A stretch of 64,000 nt of DNA from Octopus vulgaris (GCA_951406725.2 OX597831.1:38812001-38876000); one strand, 5' to 3'. Numbered from the stretch's first letter, positions 14,713 through 28,467 are shown. The notes: generated by a model not told the origin, from the sequence alone. A program made the numbers and translations.

Positions 14713-17299
14713 GATAAAACTATCTATAATAGCACGTAAGTATGATATTCAATTAACACTTTAGAGAATAAAGTGTCGTAGTGTAGCTCATGGGAGACGC
14801 ATCCGCCACTTCTTTAAACAAAACGGACTTTATACATTGGACTAAAGCAATCTTGCGAATTCCTCTATAAGTTTTATAAGAATTCTTCTTATGAATGGGA
14901 ATTGTATTTTGGATTGCGTCATAAGAATTTAGAAAGTTCAAGATGCGAAATAATTCGGTTTTAACTCGAAGTAGATAAAGCTATAAATTACCAGGTGAAA
15001 ATACTGGGTTTGGATATCCATTGGATAATAAAGTAGATTTCATGTGAGACTGGAACCCCATCTTCTTTAAACGTGACTGACATTCTACCATTGGACCAAA
15101 GCTACCCTTTGATTCTCTCCAGACATTGTATAAAGTCTTGTTCCTACCAGCGAGAATTCTATGTTGTTTATGTCATAAGATATTAGAAACTTGTAGAAAC
15201 ATAAAAAAGATCTCGAAGTGTATAAGGCTATAATATATAATAGCATGTAAAAAAAATCACAGATATAGGTTCGAAGCCACGGGCAGTCTTACAGTTTTCC
15301 TATGCAAAATATTCTTTTTTAATCCATTATCTACATGGTGTTATTCATACTTTTATCGATTTTGATTTTCACCAGTAAATCGTATTTATTTCACATCTCT
15401 CGAGATTTCTAGATTGTTACTACGAGAGCAACAGAATTTTTTTTCACTTTTTTTTCAAAATTTTAAAATACTCCCTGGTTCACTGAAATCGCTGTTCTGT
15501 CAACAAGACAGGACTGCGAGATTCACAATGAAGTATATACCACATGTCTTTGATATTACAACTGTAACATGTACAGGTATAACTGGCACTCCGTCGGTTA
15601 CGACGACGAGTGTTCCAGCTGAGCCGATGAATGAAACAACCTGCTCGTGAAATTAACGTTCAAGTGGCTGAACTATCCACAGACATTTGTACACTTAACG
15701 CATCTCTCGGAGATTCAGGGTGTTACAGAATCTGACAAGGTTGACCTCTTGAACAACTCATATTTGCCAGCTGAGTGTATTGTAGCAACGGGAAATAAAG
15801 TATATTGCTCTTGAAGACAACGCCCCGCAGGGAATTGAAACCATGGCCTTACGATCGTGTGTCAAATACCGTAACCACTACTCCATGCTCCTTCACTCAA
15901 ACGTTTCCTAAAACAAAATGTTAATACGATCACTAATATATTCCGATATCTCGTCAACGTCCCCTTGTCAGCTCTCTCACATTTTGCAGAGCGTATAAAA
16001 AAACCTCTTCTGCTCCTTAGCGTTGGCTTGTCAAATACCATCTACTCACAGCTACTCCCGATCGGCGTTCTCTTCTTCTCTCGTCACGCATGTTCTGTTC
16101 ATCTCATTGCCAGACTTTAAAGTATCTATTACAATGACTTGTCATTGTTCTCCAAGCATCGGTCATCTGCAAATTCCTCCACTGAACATTATCTTGTTTT
16201 CTTTCATTCTTGCTTTTTTTTTATTTTCCTGCAAGCGTCAACCTCAAATTATCAATGCAGTTCTTAACTTTGCTTATAAAACATACATCCACGCGGTAAT
16301 CCTTTTATCCTGCTTAATGTCGATGCATTGTTAGCACACCGAAAGACAGCGGTCTTGCAGAATCGTTAGCGCGCTAGACAAAATGGTTACTGACATTCCC
16401 CCCAGCCATACGTTCTGAGTTCAAATTCCACCGAGGTCGATCTTGTTTTTCGGGTGTCAATAAAACGTGTACCAGTTAAGCACTGGGGTCGAGGGAATGG
16501 ACTAGACACCTCCGCCAAACTTTCCGGCCTAGAAAGGATTATCAGAACGTTGAATATTGTGGTATCCGTCCTGACAGATTCTCTCGTATAGATGTACGGT
16601 GCTCAGAACACAGGCATATAATCCTAGTAGACGAGAACCGTTCCACATGGGCGCCAGTGCTGCAAGATCACGTTATTTCAGTGTACTGCACTTTCTTAGT
16701 GCCAGGCAACGGATTGCTGTGTATTAGCCAAATATGGCTGCAAGCAGTATATGCAATAACAATGATTATATATATATATGATAGACTCTCTCATCAAAGA
16801 TGACGAATGAGCATTCAATTTTTGAAGAATGACCTACACAAATGATTTGCTTATAGTGATCAAATGTTCGTGCCGCATATTAGCTCACTTTTTCCATCAA
16901 ATCAAAATGGCCTGAACAGGTTTACTGTGTACCACGCATCAGGTGTCGAAGTGATCGCAAAGAAGCGCGAGATGAAGTCCTTTGGTGAAGACACAATGCA
17001 CCATTCGGTCTAGGAATTGAAATCACGTTCCAGCGATCGTGAATGCAACAGCGTAACCATTAAGTGATGCACCCACTCAGTATGTATGTGTGTGTATGTA
17101 CGCTACATATATATAAACACATATACATGTACACACATATACAGGCATACACACACCAACACACACATATATCACCGTGATTACCGTGACCGACCAGGCT
17201 AGCAGATGTTGCTACACATCGCTGGTCACAATGCGCTTCGCATTGTTTTAGCCTTCAAATGACGCCACCCCGCTGGCTAAGCGAGCAGGCGAAATGTAT

Positions 17300-17368
<69 letters not shown>

Positions 17369-17370
<2 letters not shown>

Positions 17371-17716
17371 AAATGAAGAAAATGCTGACAAAATAATTTA
17401 AGTAAGGGAGAGTGAATTTAATTAGGTGAAAGTTATTTTTACCGGATGCGCATTTGTTATGCTTATCAAAAGATATTTTTTAAGAGAGATAGAGTTCCTT
17501 TCTGATAGATTTTTTCTCTTATCTGACAGATTCTCTCGTATAGACGGACGGTGCTCAGAGCACAGGCATAAAAATCTATCAGAAAGGAACTCTATCTCTC
17601 TTAACAAAATATCTTTTGATAAGCATAACAAATGCGCAACCGGTAAAAAGAACTTTCACCTAATTAAATTCACTCTCCCTTACTTAAATTATTTTGTCAG
17701 CATTTTCTTCATTTCC
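17369..17716. mobile_element. Fold-back element (about 146-bp arms, about 55-bp spacer) with degenerate HHR, in (TA)n
   Basis: 17369-17514 is the reverse complement of 17570-17716. At 17613-17650: ctt-TTGATAA-GCATaacaaATGC-GCAA-CCGG-T-A-aaa, i.e. HHR layout with three core substitutions. Confidence 0.75.
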
Positions 17717-17757
17717 TTTTTTTATATATCACAACTCGTGTTCCACATCTCCTTTTT

Positions 17758-17799
<42 letters not shown>

Positions 17800-17894
17800 A
17801 TCCAAACATGAACAAAGAGAAAACACAGCAACGCTAATACGTGGAACAAGTATAGTGTTATTGGACGCTCAGGAAAGGAAAGAAAGAAGTCGGA

Positions 17895-17927
17895 TTTAAT
17901 ATTTCGAGCGGAGTTCTTCGTCTGAAA
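17895..17927 (-). ncRNA. Degenerate minimal hammerhead-like motif in a TA-flanked repeat
   Basis: Minus strand reads ttt-CAGACGA-a-GAACtccGCTC-GAAA-TAT-T-aaa. Core and stem II are damaged. A similar degenerate motif lies at 25551-25584 (+). Confidence 0.35.
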
Positions 17928-18964
17928 TATAGAAAGAAAGGAAAAGTCCACCGAAGGGAAGACGGAGAAAGAAAATCGCCAACGATACACACGCGGTAAC
18001 ATACATATGTCATATATATATACATATCCTTTCATGGATAAGTTGACTTCAGTTGGAACTGAACTCACTTTGCACAATGTACTTTGTTGTGCGCTTGCAT
18101 AACCCAACCATTTCACTTGTGAAAAACAGAACAAAGGAATAAATAAATATAGTGGAATTTATCAACAAAGAAACCTGTGTGTGGTTGGCTAAACCTTAAA
18201 TCACAATCTATTGACTTAAAAAAAATTTAAGTATTTACAAGACATTCCAGAATCTAGTATTGCACAAACAGACGAGAATGTCTTTTTTGGAACGCCCCTG
18301 ATAATTTTGTTTGATCAGGTGCTAGACAACAGTAGGAAGAATAACAATGGGTTTGGTCACATATATTTATTGTGTCTGGAACAATATATATTTTGCCTCT
18401 ATGGAAATTTATCTAATACAACATAGTTACTTCAGACTGAAATATTAATATTTGATTTTTTTTCTTCGACGTTCTTCAGAGACAATAGTAATTGATTATG
18501 ATTGTGTATTTCGATAACATAAGAAGAATAATTGCTTACATTGGCATGAAGCCATAAAATTTGTAGAGCAATGTAATTGATTGAACTAACCCTGGCATTA
18601 CTGAACGATTAGCAGACGTCACTACAAGCACCGCGGTGAGATAAAAGTAGAACGTTGACCTCACTGGTTCAATTTAAATCGGAGCTAATACAAAGGAACT
18701 TAAATACTGAAATAACCGCATGTGTATACTTGCATAAATCTCTCCTCTCTCTATTGATCCGGCAGGCACATGAATGACTCTACTTTACTAAAATTGTTGA
18801 ATACCCCTAAAACATGTCCGGAGTTACCACTCTTCTCTACCAAAGACCAGATTATTATTTCATTTAATTCATAATGGACTATATGATTTTAATTAATTTA
18901 GGTCAATCCCTTTTAAAATTCGTAGCTTATTTTAAGTTGTGGCCCTTGCCCCTGTTTCATTTAT

Positions 18965-19443
18965 AAATTGCGCAACTATGATTTCAATTACTGGGACTGT
19001 CTTAAAGCCTTGAAACTCTATTCTCTCCAGTGCCGCCGGAAGCGGTACATCACTTGTACGATGTGGAGAATATACCGCCAGCATTGCCCAAACAACCTGA
19101 ACATTAGTTTCATGATTCATCTAAGGCTGGGACCACGGGCCAAACGTCCCCTGCCTAATTCAGGATCACAACATATAAGTACACTGCGACATTATTTCTT
19201 TCCCAAAACTGATCAAAGAGGAAAAGGACCCCATTACCTTTAGACGGAGTCTGGACATTTTTCTCCAAGGAATACCAGATAAGCCACCCATGGTTGAACA
19301 CAACTCACTCGACAAGAACTCACTACTTGAATGAACCATAAACAAAACTTGATTTAGAAAGGATTTAGATAATCATATCAGATGGTGTTATTAAATTAGA
19401 CATGGTCTGGACCAATCTTTGGTCGAAACATATCTAAGTTTTA
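18965..19443 (+). mobile_element. 5'-truncated 3' fragment of the same LINE family as 35.7-40.6 kb
   Basis: YWDCLKALKLYSLQCRRKRYITCTMWRI and the same 3' terminus tcgaaacatatctaagtttt. Confidence 0.9.
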
Positions 19444-19545
19444 TGATCACTTCTTCAAAATACAGACATATAGGGATATCATAAAGAGAAACGGCATGAG
19501 TAAAGTGGATTTTATATCGAGTGAAAGCAGATATATATATATATA

Positions 19546-19699
19546 CTTTATTTTAAGCAGTAGAAAATTCAACAAAATCTGTTACTCTGAGTTTTACGTT
19601 GCCGTTCATCAGACAGTTTTTGCAAAAACTATCTGATGAACGGCAACGTAAAACTCAGAGTAACAGATTTTGTTGAATGTTCTGCTGCTTAAAATAAAG
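19546..19699. mobile_element. Spacerless 154-bp palindrome carrying two opposed HHR motifs, in (TA)n
   Basis: Axis at 19622/19623. Minus 19579-19616 reads CTGT-CTGATGA-ACGgcaaCGT-aAAA-CTCaGAG-T-A-ACAG; the plus copy is at 19629-19666. G12 is A in both arms. Confidence 0.8.
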
Positions 19700-19768
19700 C
19701 ATATTACTCTACCACTGGCATTTGAGTACTCTTTTTTCCACTTTGTTTCACATTTATGTGTTTACTCC

Positions 19769-19811
<43 letters not shown>

Positions 19812-20183
19812 TGATATGGAAAGTTAAGTTCCAAGGATCCTGGTGTAAGAAGTTAGTAAGCTTCGGGCGCTCCATAGAAGGTATAACATTTTCAGGGAAA
19901 ATAGTGATTTATTTGTACAGAAAGTTGTTTGGTTGACTTTTTCCTTGTTCCAGTTGTTTGACTGCTGCCATGCTGCTGCGTACATTTATCCCACATCGAA
20001 GTACGGTAACCCGAAAAAAGTTATTTTATGGCCCACGGTTAGCAACTGGGCTTGCTATGTATGCGAATAAAAATCTAAATTAGGAAATGGGCCCTGTAAA
20101 ATCCAAGCTACATGTGTTTCTAAGCTAGCAGAACTTCGGAAGCAGTAACGACTCAACGATATATGAGTGTGTGTGTGTGTATG

Positions 20184-20442
20184 TGTAAAAATAATATGGG
20201 ACAATTATTCAGTGGCCATGGTAAATCTCCGAGTTTCGGATGTCGGGGCGGAAACCCACGCCGCCATCTCTTCAGTTATTCGGCCATCGAAAAAGTGCAT
20301 TTTTTCGATGGCCGGATAAATGAAGAGATAGCGGCGTGGGTTTATTTTTTCGATGGCCGGATAACTGACATCCGAAACTCCGACATCCGAAACTCGGAGT
20401 TTTATCATGGCTACCGAATAATTGTCACATATTATATTTACA
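20184..20442. mobile_element. Fold-back element with HHR motif and internal rearranged duplications
   Basis: Outer arms are reverse complements. Minus 20220-20280 reads aataa-CTGAAGA-GATG...CATCc-GAAA-CTCgGAG-a-T-ttacc; the right arm retains GAAACTCGGAG-T-T-TTATC and GATAA-CTGA. Confidence 0.72.
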
Positions 20443-20508
20443 GATAAATTCCTCTATTTACACAATATCGAGGTCTCTTTCATTCTTTTGTTGTCTTACC
20501 TTTTCTAT

Positions 20509-20625
<117 letters not shown>

Positions 20626-22350
20626 TTTATTTATTTATATATTTATATATGTGTGTGTAGGTATGTATGTATGTATCAGTTGAAAAGTTGAAATATGTAT
20701 TATAGGCATGCATAGCTATAAAATGATTATATAGGAAAATAGAAACTAACCGATATAAAAATAGAACACCATACAATATTTTCCACTATAGGCATAAGGC
20801 TGGAAATTAGGGGAAGGGGTCTAGTCGATTACATGGTCCCCAGTGTTTCACTAGTATTAATTTTATCGACCCTGAAAGAATGAAAGGCAAAGTCGACCTC
20901 GGTGGAAGAACACCACATAATCGTTAATGCCTAATAACACGAAGAGAAATATGTACTGCTAGCTATGGAATTATAATGCAATCAAGGTGTAAACTATCCA
21001 CCCAAACCAAGATCGGTACCACCACTTTCCTGCCTTGCAGCAAGTTTAAGGGAGACAGAATTTTTTTTTAATTAAAAATATTTATGAAGGCCTGGTCAAA
21101 GAGGAAATTGGCAGTACTCTGTTTTCGCAAACCCAGCCAGTATTATGTCTTTTGCCAATGCGATCAGGCAGAAATGTAACACCAAAACCTGCCATTTCTC
21201 GTTACCAAACCAAGATGGCGGATTTTTGTTTTCCATGGATTTAGTTGAAAGATGCATCCTATGACCTATCCTGATGTAGGAGAACGATCCTCAATATATA
21301 TATGGAATCCGGAAGCTCACTACATTCGAGCTGTAATGTTCCTCCCCTGGGAACTTTTCCTTGCCATATGAATAACAGCATAAAAGACAAATAATGTTCG
21401 AGATTGCACATCCACTTCATCGCATAAGAGTATTCTCCGCCGTCGTTGTGGATCCGAGATTCAAATCATGAATTAAGAGATAATTCATTGGCAACGAATT
21501 CAATGAAACTTTGTCATTTATCAAGCTGGACTATGCCTAAGCTAATGACCCTGCAAATATTAGCCATGATTAATGTAACACCGAAATGTACCGATACAAT
21601 AAACAGGCCACGAATATGTGGAAAACCAATTTTGCAAATACAAGCAATGGGGGGATTACAAACACAATTTCATCTCTATTAGAAAAGTAATATTCGAAAA
21701 CGACACCTGCATTCTCTCTCTCTCTCGCACACACACTTCTGCCTGGTTCCGAATCAACAAGTTAATCAACAAGTTAAATCAGATAGGACTAGAATACAAA
21801 CGCTTGCGGTGAACAATCAAACATCTTTTTCTTAAGGGTTACTTCAACATGTACACGATTTTATCAATAAGACCTTGAAGGTACGAAAACTAAAAATTGA
21901 TAATTTATGCTATGTAAGATGACGCGACAGAGATAAGAGATTCAAGCCTTTACATAACCAAAACCCCAAAATGCGGAATTGATATCTACAAAGAAAATTC
22001 CAATATCAGTTCTCAGAAACAAGCCTCCCAAATCTGTTACTCTGCCAGCGGAGTATCATGCATGAAACGTGTTTTCTAATCATTATTTCTTAAATACAGC
22101 AAGTCATTATTTATACAAATCAATGACAGAGGGCAATTAGATAGGAACTCAAAGGGAAACGAAAGTCTGTAATAAAACAAGGGACCAGCCATCACATCAT
22201 TAAGTTAAGAGCGAGCTAATAAATAAAGGTCTACAGGGTCATGCAACCTAGCATACGCTTCTGTATTGCCAACAAAAACAGTAAGGATGAGGTAATATAG
22301 TTCTTGATATGTATGCAAGGAGGGAATCGTCCCAGAAAATATACCTGTCT

Positions 22351-22712
22351 TAGGCGGTGAGCTGGCAGAAATGTTAGCACGCAGGATGGAATGCTTAGGG
22401 GTATTTCGTCTGCCGTTACGTTCTGAGTTCGAATTTCGCCGAGGTCGACTTTGCCTTTCATCCTTTCGGGGTCGATTAAATAAGTACCAGTTATGCACCG
22501 TTTGTCTGTCCTTGTTTGTCTTCTCTGTGTTTAGCCCTTTGTGGGTAGTAAAGAAATAGGCATTTCGTCTGTTTTTACGTTTCGAGTTCAAATTGCGCCG
22601 AGGTCGACTTTGCCTTTCATCCTTCCGGAGTCGATAAAATGAGTACAAAATGGTTACTGGGGTCGATCTGATCTACTGGCTGCCTCCGCCAAATTGTGCG
22701 TAGAATAGAAAA
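22351..22712 (+). mobile_element. Dimeric dominant SINE
   Basis: Head taggcggtgagctggcagaa, two cores, and tail agaatagaaaa. Confidence 0.85.
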
Positions 22713-23006
22713 AATATATATCTATCTGAATATATTTCTTTTCTATCAATGTCTACTTTAAGTTAAAAAGCAATAATAGCAACAAAAGTTTGCCGTTTAT
22801 GTTTCTGAGTCGTTCGTTCTTCATCCAGGATTTATGATTTCTAGTCAAGCTTATATTTATTTAAGCTTCAGAATCACCCTGCCTTCTTTTCTTCAATACT
22901 AACGTTTTAGTTAATTGTACTTGTAATATTACAGATAAATCCAACATATTTGCAATGTGTTTTATACATTATATTCATATTCATTTAAAACAAACGTCAT
23001 TTATTA

Positions 23007-23506
23007 CAGAAATCCATCGACTATCGAGGGTGTTACGTTCCAAAAACCCCTGCGATAGGTGAAAATCCGCGAATTAGAAACTGCATTGTACTGTATATAT
23101 GATTGATTCTAGTTTCAGCTCACGAGCTGCGGCCATGCTGGGTCACCGCCATTTAGTGTTGCTACATGGTTTTACTTCACGAATGCTTTTTAGCAACTGC
23201 CATTTGGTGCATGAGAGAGTTCGATGCAGCTGCCCTCATCTGCACCTCCTGCCGTGAAGTTGGTTCATCTGGGATACCTGACAAGAAGAGATCCAGTTTC
23301 ACTTTAAAGACATCTGCATCCACCCCATGCAGGTCTCTTAGATTCTTCGGGAGGATATTGAAGAGCTGTGGGCCTCGGAAGCCCAGGCTATCACAGTATC
23401 TTGTCCTACATCTTGATGGCAAATATATATATATTTATATTTGTTTATAATTTGCCTATGTTTAGTTTATTATAAATGCAAATCGCAATATGGGGATGGA
23501 TTACTG
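23007..23506. mobile_element. Tc1/pogo (Tigger-like) MITE with nested LINE fragment
   Basis: TA|cagaaatccatc ... gatggattactg|TA terminal inverted repeats with TA target duplication. Confidence 0.65.
23105..23422 (-). mobile_element. CR1/L2-group LINE 3' fragment
   Basis: SLGFRGPQLFNILPKNLRDL..FKVKLDLFLSGIPDEP, homologous to the ORF2 C-terminus of the large LINE. Confidence 0.85.
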
Positions 23507-25642
23507 TACTCCACTTCTGAACCCGCATTACTTCCATAGGATGGTCCCATCGTACGTAAGTACAGAAACTTCGTTACTGTATGAGTCTGTATCGCTTGAA
23601 ATCAACTATATTTCTGAGTCTTATATTAGACCTGCTGTCACCCTGAATGTTCTACCTAAATAGCTCCAGTTAGAGACCCTTTCTTTTAATTCTGGTGCTT
23701 AAAGTTAGTGAAAACGTGATCCTTTTTGACAAGGAACCAAAACTATCGGCTGACATTTGGGAGAAAGGAAAATCTAACCTGCTGCTCAATAAAAACTACC
23801 TCTTCCTTGGACTAAATTACACGGTGTAACAAACGTTTCATTTATATTTTTTAAGTCTTTGGTCAATAAGTGTTATTTATCATTTGCTTCTTTCGAAAAT
23901 TCGAAGGAATTGATTTCCCTTCAAACTTTGCTTTCGGGACTCGGACATCGATGTTTTCAAAGTTACCTTTTTACCATTACATTTCAGACAGATATAGCGC
24001 AGAGGTGATGAAGTAGAAATATCGATATAGCAAATTTTGCTCAATACCACAGATTTGTTTGTCAGTTGCTTGACTATAACCACACATGTAAGTACCTTAG
24101 TGGCTGACTATATGTACATATCTGATCAAGTTCATAAGTAGTGGGGGAACGTCATAGCTATAGTGAGAAGGAATCATTGGGGTTTTTAATAAATGTAACA
24201 AACGTAAGTTTTGAAGGAAAATATTAGCCATTTTTGATACTTTCTTGGGGAAAGCAAAAAGGAAATAACAGTTGTAATTCAAGGACAAATATGGTGTTAC
24301 ACAGTGTAATTCAGAGACAGTAAACTGAAAAAGATATTATAAATGTGGTTTATTTGGTGTGTTTACTTATCATCACACCTGTAACCAAATATGGACATTA
24401 TATGATACTGTTGAAAAATATTTTGATTATCGAGAGATAAGAATTCTAGTATGGAGAGAACATGGTGCATATTAATAATCAACGTTTCACATTTAAGGTG
24501 TAGATAACGAATCGTTTACAGTTAAGTGTCTTAATCTATCGACAATATTCTCGAGAGCCGAAAGCAATAAATTAGCAACAATAGAAATGGGAACTATCAA
24601 AACAAAACATAAAAGAAAATAACCAAAATTTTGAATCATTAAAAGAAAGTAAGTGAAGAAAGAACAAAACAAAATAGAAAAAAAATGTTATCTTGGAGAC
24701 TCTTCAGATAAAGTTTGGGGATTTGAAGAAAAAAATTTAATTTGAAAACAAATGAAGTGCGTTGAGATAACGAGATAAGATATGCCGGAGATGTCATTGC
24801 TAGCAACATTTTAACCATTTTAACACATTAGGTGCAATGTCGTGTTATATTTACTATCTTCAGAGACAGAAAAATGTGTACATCTATGTAATTGACTATA
24901 TGGGAAGTGTGAGTCAACGTTTCATTTTCAATATAGTCGTTTAAATATATATGTATGTGTGTATGCGTGTGAGCATCTACACATATGTATGTTTATGTAG
25001 CTTTGCATGTATGTATACACTCATACACACAACGCACACACATACACACGTACATACACACACGCATACACAAACATGCATACATAAATATATACATGCA
25101 CAAACACAAACACACACATATATATATATATATTATTTTACTTTTTTACTTGTTGCAATCAGGTGACCGCCTTTAATCGAGCAAATCGACCACAGGACTT
25201 ATTCTTTGTAAGCCTAGTACTTATTCTATCGGTCTATTTTGCCGGACCGCTAAGTTACGGGGACGTAAACACACCAGCATCAGTTGTCAAGCGATGTTGT
25301 GGGGAGGGGGACAAACATAGACACACATACATATATACGACGGGCTTCTTTCAGTTTCTATCTACCAAATCATCTCACAAGGCTTTGGTCGGACCCGAGG
25401 CTATAGTAGAAGACACTTGCCCAAGGTGTCACGCACTGGGACTGAACCTGCAACCAAGCTACTTACCACACAGCCACTCCTACGCAAATATATATATATA
25501 TATATACATATATACTTCAATATAAATATATATTCTTTCCTGTTTTCCTCTTTCAGACGAAGGCCTATCATTGAAACGTCACCATCCTCTGTTTCTATCT
25601 TTAACTGAGATTCAACCTTATACGTTCACTGGGTACGTTTCG

Positions 25643-25688
<46 letters not shown>

Positions 25689-25690
25689 AT

Positions 25691-26205
25691 ATAATAGTGT
25701 AAAATTAGACACAAGAGAAAACTAACCTTTAACAGGTAATTTTTACATGCTAGAAGAAGCAGCCAAAACGGCCAAAAACACAATTAATAGCAATTTTAGA
25801 AGTAAATGAAAAATAGAAACTTTTACCTTGTTATTTTTATTTCGGTTATACCTAGGTTTTAAATTACTTTAGCAAATAAGATTATCTGCTAGGCGAATTC
25901 CCATCAGTAACCGGCCTCAACAACTAACATATAATGATGGGACACGTGTTATTTGTCTCTGAATTATAAGTCAGTTGTTGAGACCAGTTACTGATGAGAA
26001 TTCGCCTTGAAGATAATCTTATTTGCTAAAGTAATTTGAAACCTAGGTATAACCTCAAAAAATAACAAGGTAAAAGTTTTTATTTTTCATTTCCATCGAA
26101 AATTGTTATTAATTGTGGTTTGGGCCGTTTTGACTGCTTCTTCTAGCATGTAAAAATTACCTGTTAAAGGGTAGTTTTCTCTTGTGTTTCAATGTACACT
26201 ATTTT
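25691..26205. mobile_element. Fold-back element (about 245-bp diverged arms) with HHR, in (TA)n
   Basis: About 25691-25936 versus about 25962-26205 are imperfect reverse complements, with an unpaired tail to about 26272 and (TA)n on both sides. Confidence 0.85.
25987..26053 (+). ncRNA. Type I hammerhead ribozyme motif, intact core
   Basis: GTTA-CTGATGA-GAATT...AATTT-GAAA-CCTAGG-T-A-TAAC: stem I GTTA/TAAC, palindromic stem III ACCTAGGT, GUA triplet. The opposite-arm copy (25845-25911, minus) has two core mutations. Confidence 0.8.
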
Positions 26206-26467
26206 ATGATAAGAATATGTTGTGTATTGACTATTTATACATACTAGTCCACTGGTGGTGATATTTCTAACGAATATATATATATATTAGAAGAAATAAG
26301 GTACTCAGAAATCTGGATGGTTTTATATTTACTGATTTTTATTGATATGTAACATGTTTTTATATATCATATATAAGCGCTTGCATCCACTCTTGTAGAT
26401 TCCTCAGATTTGAATTTTTTGATGAGATTCGTCTTTTTTATCGTATTATTGAATTATATATTATACA

Positions 26468-26559
<92 letters not shown>

Positions 26560-27253
26560 AATACATGACCCAATTCTCACATCAAACTGCAGCAGGAGGT
26601 AACGCTCCAGTTCGGGAGTTCTGGAGTTTTGGGAGGCGTGGAGTTACTCTTTAAGTACCATTACTCCCAAGTCTGTTATTAGCCGGAATGATGGGACCCA
26701 TGAATCTCATCTGTGGGTTGAATATATTTCCTAAGGGTAGAGGAAGCTCCGATTATTTTTAATAAATACATGGGGTAGGCATCTCTAGTGGGAGATGGAT
26801 ACCCTGACGTAAATCTTGCAACGAAAATAGTACCAGTTATCTGGCAATGCTTGTCACTACAACCTACTATGGCGAACGCAGGAGAGAAGGGAAAGAGTTA
26901 AACAAGCTTTTTGTCACTTAAATCCAATGACATACAGATGTGTCTCTATTATCTTATATCTTAATCCGTTTTGTATTTCATCAAGTCCTATGGCGATGAA
27001 TGCTGGCGTGAAAACGAAATCCAAGCATACGCAGGGATGAGAGAAAATCAGAACGATCAGGTTGAATGTGAGACGGTTGTCACTTGACAAGATAATGCAA
27101 TTATCGTATATACACAAATCAATACGTATATATGTGCAATTTGTCTGCCAATTTCTCTATCTATGTAACCATTGATTTATCAGTCGATCTGCCCATTTAC
27201 CAATCTACCACTTTCTATATATACACATACATTTTCATGCTTATATATATATA

Positions 27254-27760
27254 CTAGCAGTATCGCCCGGCGTTGCTCGGATTTGTAAGGGAAATAACTA
27301 TATAAGCATTTTTAGAGAGTTACTTCCCTTATAGATGCCAATTCGGGCTTTCTTAGCCATTTCTGTTTTGGTGTCTTCAAGCCATGAAGTCGTTGTTCTA
27401 AAAGAACGCTGGTCTCCTTGACAACGCTTTACGACGTTGATTTCCTTACACTCCCTTCCCCACAGCTTCACGAGGGAGGGAAGAAGGGGAGAAGCAAACA
27501 GGTGCAAGTGTGACCATGGACGCCAACTCCGCCGCCATCGACACACGAAAAATTATGCATTAAAATGGAATAAAAAATTATGTTAAATTATTTTTAAAAT
27601 CGTAGACTCATCGTAGACGCGCGCTAATACTCAGACGGGCTCGATATGAACCACGACTATAAGATACCCGAATTTGGTTAAACTGCACCGCAAAATGTGG
27701 GAGTAGTTAGGAATCTAAATCGAAGGGGACAGACACTCACATAACTACAGTTTTATATAT
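27254..27760. mobile_element. Non-autonomous Helitron/Helentron-like element
   Basis: Terminus tactagcagtatcgcccggcgttgctcgg (CTAG plus GC-rich hairpin), inserted in TA-rich sequence. Confidence 0.55.
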
Positions 27761-27775
27761 ATATATTATGTGATT

Positions 27776-28096
27776 GAAGGCGCCTGGCTTAGTGGTTAAG
27801 GTTTTTTCGGTACAGGGTCGTAAGATCGTAAGATCAATTCCCGGCAACGAGTCGTGTCCTTCAGCAAGACAATTTACTCAACGTTGCTCCAGTCCACTCA
27901 ACAGGCAAAAATGAGTAGCAACTGTATTTCAAAGGGCCAGCCTTATCACACTCTGTGTCACGCTAAATCTCCCTTGAGAACGACGTTAAATGTGTTTGTG
28001 GAGTGCTCAGCCACATGCACGTAAATTCCACGTGCTGGCTGTTCCGTTGATTGGATCATCTGAAAACAATGTCGTCGTAACCAACAAAGTGTCATT
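27776..28096 (+). mobile_element. tRNA-derived SINE, family 3
   Basis: tggcttagtgg A box and gtgtccttcagcaagaca central motif. Relatives are at about 44436-44740 (+) and 15580-15895 (-). Confidence 0.75.
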
Positions 28097-28467
28097 GTAT
28101 GTGTATGTGAAAATATGCACATACAGCTATCTATGTGTGTGGATGTAGGAGTATGAATGCGTATGTGAGTGTCACTTGTACGTGTCAGTGTGTAAATGGA
28201 CAGCATCGTCTCACAAGACAATAATTCAGATTCATAGACAGGAAAATGCTTTCCTCATCAATCCGACGTCCATGTTGAGTTGGCGAAGAGTGATAGTCCT
28301 GCAACCGTAGACCTCTCCTATACAGAAAACTGCGAGAATGGCCCAGCCAAGTAATAGCCTTGTCACTATTTTAGCATCACGAGTTGAGTGTCTTTAGATC
28401 TGTTCTTTTTTCTTTTGCGTTCATACAGATATTTATCTATATACTTACCTGTATATACGTATATTTG

